This document shows, piece by piece, positions 17,682 through 27,089 of a stretch of 64,000 nucleotides of DNA (its first letter is position 1; every line of letters begins with the position of its first letter). A program made the position numbers and the translations under genes. This DNA is from Pyrinomonadaceae bacterium (GTDB lineage: Bacteria > Acidobacteriota > Blastocatellia > Pyrinomonadales > Pyrinomonadaceae), in contig JABARP010000007.1 in the NCBI GenBank assembly GCA_019186825.1, positions 15,813-79,812 on the forward strand, read 5' to 3'. Under the pieces are notes generated by a model. The model made no database searches, was not told the origin of the DNA, and saw only the letters and a list, made by a program, of their open reading frames with translations.

Positions 17682-20249
17682 ATGAAGTCAACATCATGGG
17701 TGAAAGCGATGCGGAAGACACTTGCAATAGTGTTCACTGCGTCCTTTCTTTTTTCGAACACGATCGTGTTCGGAATAGGCGGTGCGGGGCCTGACCGCAA
17801 CGCTAAGTCGGACGCGGTTGTCGCGAAATATACCACCGACCTTACGCAGCTTGGCCGTGAAGGAAGACTGCGTCAGGACCTAAGCCTCGAGAGCGAAGCA
17901 ATTCGTCTCACGAACGCGTTAGCTGAAGGGGGTCTTCGCCAACCGGTTCTAGTTACTGAACTGCGGGAAACACGAAACACAATTGTTGAGCAGCTTGCGA
18001 TCCGGATCGCGAACGGTGACGTGCCTGAGGGTATTGCCGGCCGCGATCTTGTCAGGCTGGATGTGGATTCTGTTTACTCCAACTCCGCAAGCAGTAATGA
18101 TTTTGAGGCTTTGGTCCTATCCATTTTGGATGACGCAGTCTCCGATCACGGCAAAAAGATATTGTTCATCGACGACCTCGGTTTCGTTCTTCAGCACAAG
18201 AACGCTGCCGAGAGGATCTTAAGTTGTGTCGCTGAAGGAAAGATCGCGGTGATCGGAGGCAGCTCTGCTCCCGATTACCGCGATCGTATCGAGGCGGACG
18301 GCCGTTTCTCAAAAGCATTTACCGCATTTGAGATCAAGGACCTCCGTTCGGCTTCTTCAGATGATGCAGCATCGGCACCGGCCGAATCGTATCGCGGCGG
18401 CACCCTTTCACCGGACCTACGCGACATGATCGCTTCGGACCCGAGTGGAAAGACCCGCGTCGATGTGATCGTCCAGGCCCGTAATGCTGACAATCCGGCT
18501 CTCCGGCAGCTGATCGCTTCGGGCGAAGCTCGGATCACGGATCGTATCGGCTCGACCGATACGTTGGTCGTCAATATGCCGCTTTCGACCGTACAGACTT
18601 TGTCGCAAAGCGGCTTGGCGAACTACATTTCGCCCGATCGCCCGACAACTACGACCGGCCATATCGAAGATACGACCGGCATCTCGCTTATGCGAAGCCA
18701 GCCCGCTCTCAATGGCCGCAGTGCTTATACGCTCGACGGCACGGGCATCGGTATCGCAGTGCTCGATTCGGGCATCTACGCCGCCCACAATGGCTTCAAG
18801 AACAATTCCGGCGCGTCGCGCATCGTTGCGAACGTTAACTTTACGAACTCGAATATCAACGATACGAGCGACGGATACGGCCATGGAACGCACGTTGCCG
18901 GCCTTGCTGCCGGTAATTCGAGTGTTTCTGGCGGTGCGTACCGCGGCGTTGCACCGAATGCGAATATCATCAGCGTTAAGGTCTTGAACAATAGCGGCCA
19001 GGGACAGCAGTCGTGGCTCCTTAACGGCCTGAACTGGGTTCTGAACAATCGCACGGCCTACAACATCCGCGTCGTGAACTTGAGCTTAGGCGCAACAGCG
19101 ATCGATACGTACACGAACGATCCGGTTTGCCTGAAAGTGAAAGAGCTTGCAGCGGCCGGCATCGTCGTCATAGCGGCAGCAGGCAATCTTGGGAAAGATT
19201 CGCTCGGGAACAAGCGATACGGCCAGATCCACTCGCCGGGCAACAGCCCGTATGTGATCACGGTCGGTGCAAGCAACACGATGGGAACCACCGCCCACGG
19301 CGATGACACTATCGCGAGCTTCAGCTCACGCGGCCCGACGCGAAGTTTCTATACCACATCGAACGGCAGTCGCGTTTTCGACAACATCATCAAGCCGGAC
19401 CTCGTTGCTCCGGGAAATAAGGTGATCTCGCAGAAATCACCCTCGAACCTGATGTCGGTCGAGAATACGGCTTTGAATCTCGATGGCACGAATGGCGCCG
19501 ATTCGATGATGTATATGAGCGGCACCTCGATGTCGTCACCGATCGTGGCGGGTGCAGCAGCACTTCTGCTTCAGGTCAATCCGAACCTTACACCGCAGAT
19601 GGTGAAGATGCTGCTTCAGTACACGGCACAGCCCATCGCCGGCGTGAACACCTTCGAACAAGGCGCCGGTCAGTTGAACCTTGAAGGCGCTGTCCGACTG
19701 GCAAGGTCACTTCGCACCGACGTTGACTTCAAAACGGTCGGAATGGGAGCGATGTCCGTGGCCTACAATTGGACGATGCCGACAACTTCGACGACCGTCG
19801 GCGGAAGCACCTTCCAGTGGGCGCAGCTGGTAACCGGTAAGTACACGATGATCACGGGCTCGAAGCTCATCTCCGAGTTCCAGGCAGTCTATCGCCTTAA
19901 TAAGACGATCGGCGATGGCGTCAATTTCGGCAACGGAGCCTTCTCGCTTGATACCGGTTCGTATTTCACAACCGGCCTGTCGGTAAACCGTAACGTCAAT
20001 ACGAGCAACGGTGCTCCGCTCGGAGCCGGGTCGTTGTATCTGACATACGGCGTCCTTGTAGGCGACGGTGTCATTGTTGGTGACGGAGTGATCGTCGGCG
20101 ACGGTGTGCTTGTTAGCGACGGTGTTCTTGTTGGGGACGGCGTACTGGTCGGAGACGGTGTCCTGATCGGCGACGGTGTACTCATTGGCGATGGCGTTCT
20201 CGTTGGAGACAGTGCTTTGCAAGGCGATAATACGCCGGCGATGCAGTAG
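17682..20249 (+). CDS. Secreted S8 subtilisin-family serine peptidase with an N-terminal degenerate Clp/Hsp100 NBD1-like module and a C-terminal hexapeptide-repeat tail
   Basis: The ATG at 17682 follows an AAGGAAG element and gives a signal peptide ([31 protein letters not shown]). The region from 17826 to about 18345 encodes [15 protein letters not shown]...[31 protein letters not shown]...[11 protein letters not shown], which is colinear with Clp NBD1 but lacks Walker A. An I9-like propeptide follows. The S8 triad motifs are VLDSGI, HGTHVAG and SGTSMSSP. Confidence 0.85.
   Translation: [855 protein letters not shown]
20049..20222 (+). repeat. 18-bp coding tandem repeat: eight [GS]DGV[LI][VI] hexapeptides plus degenerate flanking copies
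   Basis: [54 protein letters not shown], preceded by GVLV. The DNA copies differ at many third-codon positions (ggc/ggt/ggg/gga; gtc/gtg/gtt/gta) while the peptide stays constant. Confidence 0.9.
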
Positions 20250-20260
20250 AGGGGGCAAAG

Positions 20261-21163
20261 ATGTTGAATACAGCAACAAATATGTCGTACCAAGCTGCAC
20301 CGTTCGAAGCACCGTTCTTTAGGAGAACTGCGTCGGTTCCGGCGTTTCGCCTGACCTGCTCTGATGAGGCCGAGGTGTTGAGATTCCTTGCGATCAACCC
20401 GGTTCAGACGGTAGTGATGTCCAGCTACATTGCGGACAACGGCATCGAGAGCGAGTTGAATCGCGGCACCTTTTACGGTCACCGTGCTTCCGACGGCAGT
20501 CTCGACGGCGTCGCACTCATCGGCCATAGCACTCTTGTCGAGGCTCGGTCGGACGAAGCGATGACGGCTTTGGCAGTCGCAGCGAAAGAGACGGATGTTC
20601 CTGTCCATCTCATTATGTCGAACGGCGATGACGCTGAGTCATTCTTCGATCAAATGACGGATGGGATGAGCAAACCGCGCCTCCGATGTGTCGAAGAGCG
20701 TTTCGAGGCTGCATTCCCGTTTGCCGTTCAGTCGTGCGAGTACGCGGTTGGAAACGCCGATATGGGCCAGCTCGAAGCCGTTGCAAAGGCACAGGCCGAG
20801 ATCGCGTTCATCGAGTGCGGCGTCGATCCAATGCTTCGCGACCGCGAAGGATTCTTAAAGCGTGTCGCACGCCGCATCGATCAGAACCGTGTGTTCTCGG
20901 TCGTCGAAGACGGCAAGCTGCTCTTTAAGGCCGACATCATCGCCGAGACGGACGAAACGATCTACCTCGAAGGCATCTACGTCGATCCCGATTCCCGCGG
21001 AAAGGGAATCGGTCCGAGATGTCTTGCGGCCCTGACAGCACAGCTCTTGTCCCGCGTCCCAAATGTCTGCCTGCTCAGCAACGTTGATTTCCTCAACGCT
21101 CACAAGAGCTTTCAGAAGGCAGGATATCGGCGAACCGGTCAATGCGTAACGCTGTTTGTCTAG
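20261..21163 (+). CDS. GNAT-family N-acetyltransferase with an N-terminal accessory domain
   Basis: GAGGGGG Shine-Dalgarno-like element upstream. The gene starts 12 nt after the S8 stop. The C-terminal acetyl-CoA binding motif is GIYVDPDSRGKGIGPRCLAAL. Confidence 0.7.
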   Translation: MLNTATNMSYQAAPFEAPFFRRTASVPAFRLTCSDEAEVLRFLAINPVQTVVMSSYIADNGIESELNRGTFYGHRASDGSLDGVALIGHSTLVEARSDEAMTALAVAAKETDVPVHLIMSNGDDAESFFDQMTDGMSKPRLRCVEERFEAAFPFAVQSCEYAVGNADMGQLEAVAKAQAEIAFIECGVDPMLRDREGFLKRVARRIDQNRVFSVVEDGKLLFKADIIAETDETIYLEGIYVDPDSRGKGIGPRCLAALTAQLLSRVPNVCLLSNVDFLNAHKSFQKAGYRRTGQCVTLFV

Positions 21164-21287
21164 AGCACATGGCCTGTTGGAGGCGGGCCGAGCCTGCCTC
21201 CAACAACGCTTCCGTTATCGGATCTCTCCCACACCTCAACCAATATTGATGGCCTTTTCTTCACCTCCCCGGAGGCCGGAAATATAT

Positions 21288-23810
21288 ATGCAAGGACGAT
21301 CCTTGCCAAAAGAAATGGAACGTCAAAGAATAGTCAGATCAATGGAGATCACGCTCTGGGTCCTCGGACTCGCGGCTGTCGTTTGGGCAGTTTACGGATT
21401 TCCATACTCGAAGATCGATGTCCCGATGACAGCGTTCTTCTTCCTCACAATAGCTATCGGCCCGCGCGTGACGATCCAGATCCCGCGATTCAAATCCTAT
21501 ATCTCGGCCTCTGAAACGTTCATCTTCCTCGCCTTGCTTATTTACGGTGGTGAGGCCGCGCTATTGCTCGCCGCTGCGGAAGCATTTTCGACCTCGTGGG
21601 CATTTTGTAAGAAGAAGCGAACGGTATTCGTCAATGCGGCGACGATCGCGTTCTCGACAGCGTGCGCGATCGCTGTGCTGAAGGTTGCCGGCGTGTATGA
21701 GCACTTCCACAGCTACAACATTCGGCCGCAGGCGTTTCTGATGGCGCTTCTGCTCCTTGCCCTCACGCAATTTTTGGTAAATACGTCGATCGCCTCGACC
21801 TATGCCGCTCTTCGTGACGGGACGCCGATCTTCGAGACGTGGCAAAAGAAGTATATCTGGGCATGTCTGACCTATGTTGTCGGTGCGGCCGCCGCCGGGA
21901 CTCTTGTGCAGCTTGCAGACACGATCGGTATCGGCATCGTTCTCATTGCATTCCCCGTCTGTTTCTTCGTGTTCTATTCGTATCGGATGTACCTGCAAAA
22001 CGTCGAGATCTCGATGGAAAAGGCCGACGAGGCAGGGAAATATGCGCAACTTCTCGAATCGCAATCGAATATGCTCCGCGAGTCCGAAGAGCGTTTCCGA
22101 AGCGCGTTCAACTACGCTCCGATCGGGATCGGGCTCGTTTCAGGTTCGGGCGAGTGGCTTAAGACGAACTTTGCGATGAGCGAGATCCTTGGCTATTCGG
22201 AGGATGAATTTCGGCGTTTGAACTTCCAGGAAGTCATTATGCGTGAGGATCTTGGGGCTACGCTCGTGAAGGTGCATGAGATCTTGGCCGGCCGAGCGGC
22301 AACGGCGTCAATGGAGCAGCGATATCGCCATAAGGAAGGCTATACGGTCTGGACCTCTTGGAGCGTATCTGCGGTACCGAGCGCAAATGGATCCATGCCC
22401 GATCTGATCTTTCAGCTGCAGGACATCACGGATAAGAAGCTCGCTGAGGCACGGCTTCGCCACGAAGCGACGCACGATGCTCTTACGGGCCTTGCCAACC
22501 GGTCCCATTTTATGACCAGGCTCGACTCCGCTCTCACCAAGGTCCACGCCGGGCAGAGCAAGGTCAGCATTCTTTTTATCGACCTTGACCGCTTCAAGGT
22601 GGTGAATGACAGCCTTGGCCATCTCGTCGGTGATGAGCTCCTGAAGGGCATTGCTTCGCGTCTGCGCGAATGTATGAGACCTTCGGATCTGGTCGCGCGT
22701 CTTGGCGGTGATGAGTTCACGATCCTTGTTGAGGGACGTTACGACGACCAGGAAGTTACGAGGATCGCCGAGCGTATTCAAGAGAAATTCAGCAAGCCGT
22801 TCGACCTCTTCGGCCACGACGTGTACAGTTCTGCGAGCATCGGCATCCTTCACGCATCGCCACAGCATGCCACGCCCGAGGACATTATGCGTGATGCGGA
22901 TACTGCGATGTATCAGGCAAAACGCGCAGGAAAGGCACGGCATGAGGTATTCGACGAGGGAATGCACATGGCCGCAAAAGAGACGCTGCAGCTTGAGACC
23001 GATCTTCGTCGGGCTATCGAGCAGAACGAGCTTTCGATGGTCTATCAGCCGATCTTTCGACTTGCCACCAAAGAGCTTGAGGGTGTCGAAGCACTGGTTC
23101 GATGGGAGCATCCGACACTAGGCTTTGTCCCGCCGACAAAATTTGTCCAGCTTGCAGAGGAGATCGGCCTGATCGACAAACTCTGTGAGCAGGTGATGAC
23201 CAAAGGCTGCCGAGACCTGCGCTCGCTGCACCGCGAGTTTCCCACGCTTTCGGATCTCACATTGAGCGTCAATCTTTCGTCGAAGCAGTTCGGCCAGAGT
23301 TCGATCCACAATATATGCTCGATCCTGGATGAGACGGGTTTTCCGCCGCATCTCCTCAAGCTCGAGATCACGGAATCGGTCTTCTTCGAACACACTGAGC
23401 GGGCGGTCGCGATGCTGAATACGCTTCGCGATCTTGGTATCGATATCAATGTTGATGATTTCGGGACAGGCTATTCGAACCTGAGCTACCTGACGAAACT
23501 TCCGATCTCGACGCTGAAGGTCGATCGGTCGTTCGTTTCGATGATACAAGACTCGTCCGGCAGCGAGGTCGTCCACGCGATCGTGACTTTGGCACGGAAT
23601 CTTGGCTTGCGTGTTGTTGCTGAAGGTATCGAGACCGCGGCTCAATTCGAATATCTGCGTGAACTCAGATGCGAGAGCGGCCAGGGCTATTATCTTTCAC
23701 GGCCGGTACCTTTTGATGAGCTGATCGACCTTGCTTGCGGCCAAAGAAAGCGGTTGTCTCCCGTACTGCAGCCCGCTTCTGCATTGGCTGCAACGACGGT
23801 CATTCATTGA
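21288..23810 (+). CDS. Multi-pass membrane PAS / GGDEF / EAL c-di-GMP signalling protein
   Basis: The ORF opens at 21156. The ATG at 21288 follows a GGAGG element. It has about 7 hydrophobic helices and a PAS domain (ERFRSAFNYAPIGIGLV). The GGDEF domain has an I-site (RPSDLVARLGGDEFTILV). EAL motifs are present (EALVRWEH, EITES, DDFGTGYSNLSYL, EGIET, QGYYLSRP). Confidence 0.88.
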   Translation: MQGRSLPKEMERQRIVRSMEITLWVLGLAAVVWAVYGFPYSKIDVPMTAFFFLTIAIGPRVTIQIPRFKSYISASETFIFLALLIYGGEAALLLAAAEAFSTSWAFCKKKRTVFVNAATIAFSTACAIAVLKVAGVYEHFHSYNIRPQAFLMALLLLALTQFLVNTSIASTYAALRDGTPIFETWQKKYIWACLTYVVGAAAAGTLVQLADTIGIGIVLIAFPVCFFVFYSYRMYLQNVEISMEKADEAGKYAQLLESQSNMLRESEERFRSAFNYAPIGIGLVSGSGEWLKTNFAMSEILGYSEDEFRRLNFQEVIMREDLGATLVKVHEILAGRAATASMEQRYRHKEGYTVWTSWSVSAVPSANGSMPDLIFQLQDITDKKLAEARLRHEATHDALTGLANRSHFMTRLDSALTKVHAGQSKVSILFIDLDRFKVVNDSLGHLVGDELLKGIASRLRECMRPSDLVARLGGDEFTILVEGRYDDQEVTRIAERIQEKFSKPFDLFGHDVYSSASIGILHASPQHATPEDIMRDADTAMYQAKRAGKARHEVFDEGMHMAAKETLQLETDLRRAIEQNELSMVYQPIFRLATKELEGVEALVRWEHPTLGFVPPTKFVQLAEEIGLIDKLCEQVMTKGCRDLRSLHREFPTLSDLTLSVNLSSKQFGQSSIHNICSILDETGFPPHLLKLEITESVFFEHTERAVAMLNTLRDLGIDINVDDFGTGYSNLSYLTKLPISTLKVDRSFVSMIQDSSGSEVVHAIVTLARNLGLRVVAEGIETAAQFEYLRELRCESGQGYYLSRPVPFDELIDLACGQRKRLSPVLQPASALAATTVIH

Positions 23811-23817
23811 CGAAAGG

Positions 23818-24654
23818 CTAGATCGCTTTTAGGAAGTTCACAACCCGGTCGATAAGCCAATCCGGCGTCGATGCGCCGGCCGTTACGCCGACGGTCTTGA
23901 CGCCCGCGAGGTCATCGATCGAGATCTCATCTTCTGTTTCGATCAGAAAACTCCTCTCACAATTCTCTTTACAGACCGCGAGCAGCTTCAGGCTGTTGGA
24001 CGAATGCCGTCCGCCGATGATGTAGAACGCATCGACCATCGAGGAAAGCGCTCGGGCCGCGTCCTGGCGGTCTCGCGTCGCGGAACAGATCGTATTTATG
24101 ATCTCGACGCTGTCCGTCGTTTTACGTTTCACGGCTTCGGCGGTATCAAAGAAGGTCTTTGCTTTGATCGTCGTCTGCGAGACGACTAGAGGGTTGCGAA
24201 GCATCGGAAGATCGGCAAGTTCCGTCTCGTCGCGGACGATGTATGCGTGGTCGGGTGCATAACCTTTTACGCCGATCATCTCCGGATGGTCCGGATTGCC
24301 CACAACGATGACGTCGCGATCCTGTGCCGCCGCACGCGATGCAAGACGCTGAACGCGCGTTACGAAAGGACACGTCGCATCGACGACCTTTCCGGCACGC
24401 TGTTCCAGTTCCTTTTGAACCTCAGGAGTAACGCCGTGCGCGCGTATAACTGCGGTTTCGTTGGCATTGATCTGGACGGGCTCGCTGATGGTCGTAACAC
24501 CGCACTCTTCGAGACGATCCATTTCCTGCTGATTGTGGATAAGCGGCCCGAGGCTGCGGACCTTGTCACCGTGTCCGACGGCTTCCTCGACCATATCGAC
24601 GGCACGCTCGACGCCGAAACAAAAACCGTATTCCTGAGCTAATAAAACTTGCAT
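23818..24654 (-). CDS. ispH: 4-hydroxy-3-methylbut-2-enyl diphosphate reductase
   Basis: 278 aa. The N-terminus MQVLLAQEYGFCFGVERAV, the motifs ATCPFVTRV and SSNS, and the overall length fit IspH/LytB. Confidence 0.9.
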   Translation of the reverse strand: MQVLLAQEYGFCFGVERAVDMVEEAVGHGDKVRSLGPLIHNQQEMDRLEECGVTTISEPVQINANETAVIRAHGVTPEVQKELEQRAGKVVDATCPFVTRVQRLASRAAAQDRDVIVVGNPDHPEMIGVKGYAPDHAYIVRDETELADLPMLRNPLVVSQTTIKAKTFFDTAEAVKRKTTDSVEIINTICSATRDRQDAARALSSMVDAFYIIGGRHSSNSLKLLAVCKENCERSFLIETEDEISIDDLAGVKTVGVTAGASTPDWLIDRVVNFLKAI

Positions 24655-24751
24655 CGTGAGTTCTGGTTCCGGCCCTCAGCTATCAGGCCTTGCACGTTAC
24701 CTCTAGCGCTATTCTAGCAAATGGATACATCCTGCGTTAGCCCGGAATGGA

Positions 24752-26026
24752 TCATCTGACCGGCTCACGCAGAAGCTGTAAGGACGCCTCGGCGGCAAGT
24801 GTTGAGGCCGGCAGGCCAAGACCGGCGATCTGCCGCAGGGCTTCGCCGGTTCGGGATAAAAGACGGACAAGGTCGCCTTCCGCAGCCTTTGAACGCGCGG
24901 TGAGTTCACCCCATTCCATTCCGGCGGCCCATTTTTCGGCAGCGGCGGCGGCAGAGAGATTGAGTTCCTCGTTTATCTCAACTCCATTTTTCCACTCGCA
25001 TTTTGCGACCTTCGCAACGACCGCCTCGAGTCCGTCGAACGCGGAATCGAGCCTTCGCGAGACCTTTATCTCACCGTAATCCCGATCGGCGTCTGCTGCG
25101 ACCGCCGCGATCAAACCTGCGAACTCAGCGAGCGGGAGGTCATCGAAGACGCCGTCCCGCAACGCTTCGCCGATCATCAGCGGACGATCGACCCGCAAAT
25201 TCGCGAGCCATTTGCCGTCGGCAGTAACGGTTTCCGAGGCGTAGTCGATGTAACCGAAATGATCGAGCACTCGTGCCCGATCCTCGAACGGCTGCCAGAT
25301 CCGGTCGGCAAGCCGTTCCGGGTCGCCCCTACGTTTTTGAAAGCCGCGAAAGGCAAAACTCTTCTCGGTGATCTCACGCACGCGTGCAAAACTCGAAAAA
25401 GCGTCGAGCAGATTCAAAAGGCTCGTGTACGTTGCGCGAAAACGGCTTTCGAGAGCCTCAGGCTTCGAGCGAAGCAACTCGGCGATCTTTCGCGGATTCT
25501 GAAATCTGCCCGGAGCGAGCACGGCGAACCCGACGTTGTCGCGGCCGCGGCGGCCTGCGCGTCCTGTCATCTGCTGAAGTTCGCTTACACGCAGCGGACG
25601 CCAACCTTCGTTGCCGCGCGTATCGGCATTCGTGATCACGACCGTCCTTGCAGGGAAGTCAACACCCGCAGCGACAGTCGATGTCGCGAATATCGCACGC
25701 AATAGGCCCGCGCTCATCATCTTCTCAACAAGCAGTTTCCATGCCGGGATGTGGCCTGCGTGATGCGACGCGGTGCCGGATTGTACGAGGGCTTTCACGT
25801 GCTTGTGGGTGAGCACTTCGGGATTTTCCGCGGCGAATGAATCGAACATCTCGCGTCTCGCGGCCTGTCTCTCGGGGTCGGCGGGCTGAGACTTGTCGAG
25901 CGAGATCTCGGTGGCTGCCTCATCGCACTTCCGTCGCGTGGGCAGGAACACGATCGCGGGAAGGAGGTCATCTCGCCGCAACGCAGCGATCAACTTCGAC
26001 GGCGGGATCTCGCGAGCGTCATCCAT
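24752..26026 (-). CDS. Ski2/HelY-like helicase C-terminal half (RecA2 plus DSHCT-like region); no RecA1/DEAD domain
   Basis: Helicase motifs IV-VI only: AIVFLPTRRKCDE, HHAGHIPAWK, FATSTVAAGVDFPARTVV and QMTGRAGRRGRD. The C-terminal end is DSHCT-like (WAAGMEWGELTARSKAAEGDLVRLLSRTGEALRQI). The ATG at 26026 overlaps the coaX stop (26019-26021) by 8 nt. An alternative TTG start lies at 26035. Confidence 0.7.
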   Translation of the reverse strand: MDDAREIPPSKLIAALRRDDLLPAIVFLPTRRKCDEAATEISLDKSQPADPERQAARREMFDSFAAENPEVLTHKHVKALVQSGTASHHAGHIPAWKLLVEKMMSAGLLRAIFATSTVAAGVDFPARTVVITNADTRGNEGWRPLRVSELQQMTGRAGRRGRDNVGFAVLAPGRFQNPRKIAELLRSKPEALESRFRATYTSLLNLLDAFSSFARVREITEKSFAFRGFQKRRGDPERLADRIWQPFEDRARVLDHFGYIDYASETVTADGKWLANLRVDRPLMIGEALRDGVFDDLPLAEFAGLIAAVAADADRDYGEIKVSRRLDSAFDGLEAVVAKVAKCEWKNGVEINEELNLSAAAAAEKWAAGMEWGELTARSKAAEGDLVRLLSRTGEALRQIAGLGLPASTLAAEASLQLLREPVR

Positions 26027-26741
26027 TGTTTGCAAGGCGGCAAAGGCCTTTTAGCGTGAGGTCGCGGTCAACGATATCGATCGCATCGCAGAGCTTTGCG
26101 AATTTTTCCGCATAGCCGCCCGTTGCGACAACTTTCGGTTTGCCGATCTGAACCTCGACGCGAGAAAGCACCGTTTCGACAAGCCCGATCTGGCTCAGGA
26201 TAACGCCGGAGCGGATCGATGTGTCCGTCGTCTCGGATGTTGGCGAGAAGTCGCCCTCGATCTCGACAAGCGGCAACCGAGCCGTCTTTTCGTGCAGTGC
26301 GGCCGCAGACATCTTGACGCCTGGTGCGATCAGTCCGCCGAGCAGCTCGTAGTCTTTGGATACAACATCGATCGTCGTCGCCGTCCCAAAACTGATAACC
26401 ACGCACGGAACTCCGTAGAGATAGGCGGCGGTGGCAGAATTCACGAGGCGATCATTTCCGGCATCCTCGATCGGCCGATATTTGATCTTTATGCCGAGGT
26501 CGCGGTCGTTAGAGACGGTATCAGGTTCGATGTTGAATTTTGACTTGATCGATGCTGAGACCAGGGGCGTGAGGCGTGGAACGACCGAGCTGATGATCGC
26601 TTTTTTTACGGGAGAAGAAATATGATCGGCAGCGGCGGCAGAAGTTTCGGGGTCGAGCGTGTGCCGTTCGATAAGTTCATTCTGGTCGTCAAAGACGCCC
26701 AGCTTGATAGCGGAGTTGCCAATATCTACGGCAAGGAGCAC
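26019..26741 (-). CDS. coaX: Type III pantothenate kinase
   Basis: GTG start. The N-terminus is MLLAVDIGNSAIKLGVFD. GTATTIDV and ATGGYA are present. 240 aa. Confidence 0.9.
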   Translation of the reverse strand: MLLAVDIGNSAIKLGVFDDQNELIERHTLDPETSAAAADHISSPVKKAIISSVVPRLTPLVSASIKSKFNIEPDTVSNDRDLGIKIKYRPIEDAGNDRLVNSATAAYLYGVPCVVISFGTATTIDVVSKDYELLGGLIAPGVKMSAAALHEKTARLPLVEIEGDFSPTSETTDTSIRSGVILSQIGLVETVLSRVEVQIGKPKVVATGGYAEKFAKLCDAIDIVDRDLTLKGLCRLANNG

Positions 26742-26744
26742 GTA

Positions 26745-27071
26745 TCAACCTTTGAGCGGCAGGCCGTCATAGACGAGATTCCAGCCATTCTTACGGCTCG
26801 TGCGAAGGCTCTTCGAGAACCACTCTTCGGCCACCGAAGCATCGTCATAGATCTGCACTGACGGCATTGCCTCGCGAGGATCGACGCGGCATATCGCTGC
26901 CCCCACCGAAGCCGTCTTTATGCACAGAAGAGCGACCATCTGTTCTTTGCGAAGGATCACGGTACGATGCTTGACATCTTCATGCTCGATCTCAAAATCG
27001 TCAAACTCTTCCAGGGTCTCGTCGAATTCGCCAAGTTCCCAATCTTGAGGTTCGTCACGTTCACTGCTCAT
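26745..27071 (-). CDS. Hypothetical protein with an acidic N-terminus
   Basis: 108 aa (MSSERDEPQDWELGEFDETLEEFDDFEIEHEDV...). It sits 3 nt upstream of coaX and 18 nt downstream of the VanW-family gene. I recognise no family. Confidence 0.45.
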   Translation of the reverse strand: MSSERDEPQDWELGEFDETLEEFDDFEIEHEDVKHRTVILRKEQMVALLCIKTASVGAAICRVDPREAMPSVQIYDDASVAEEWFSKSLRTSRKNGWNLVYDGLPLKG

Positions 27072-27089
27072 AAAACCAGACTCTATACG

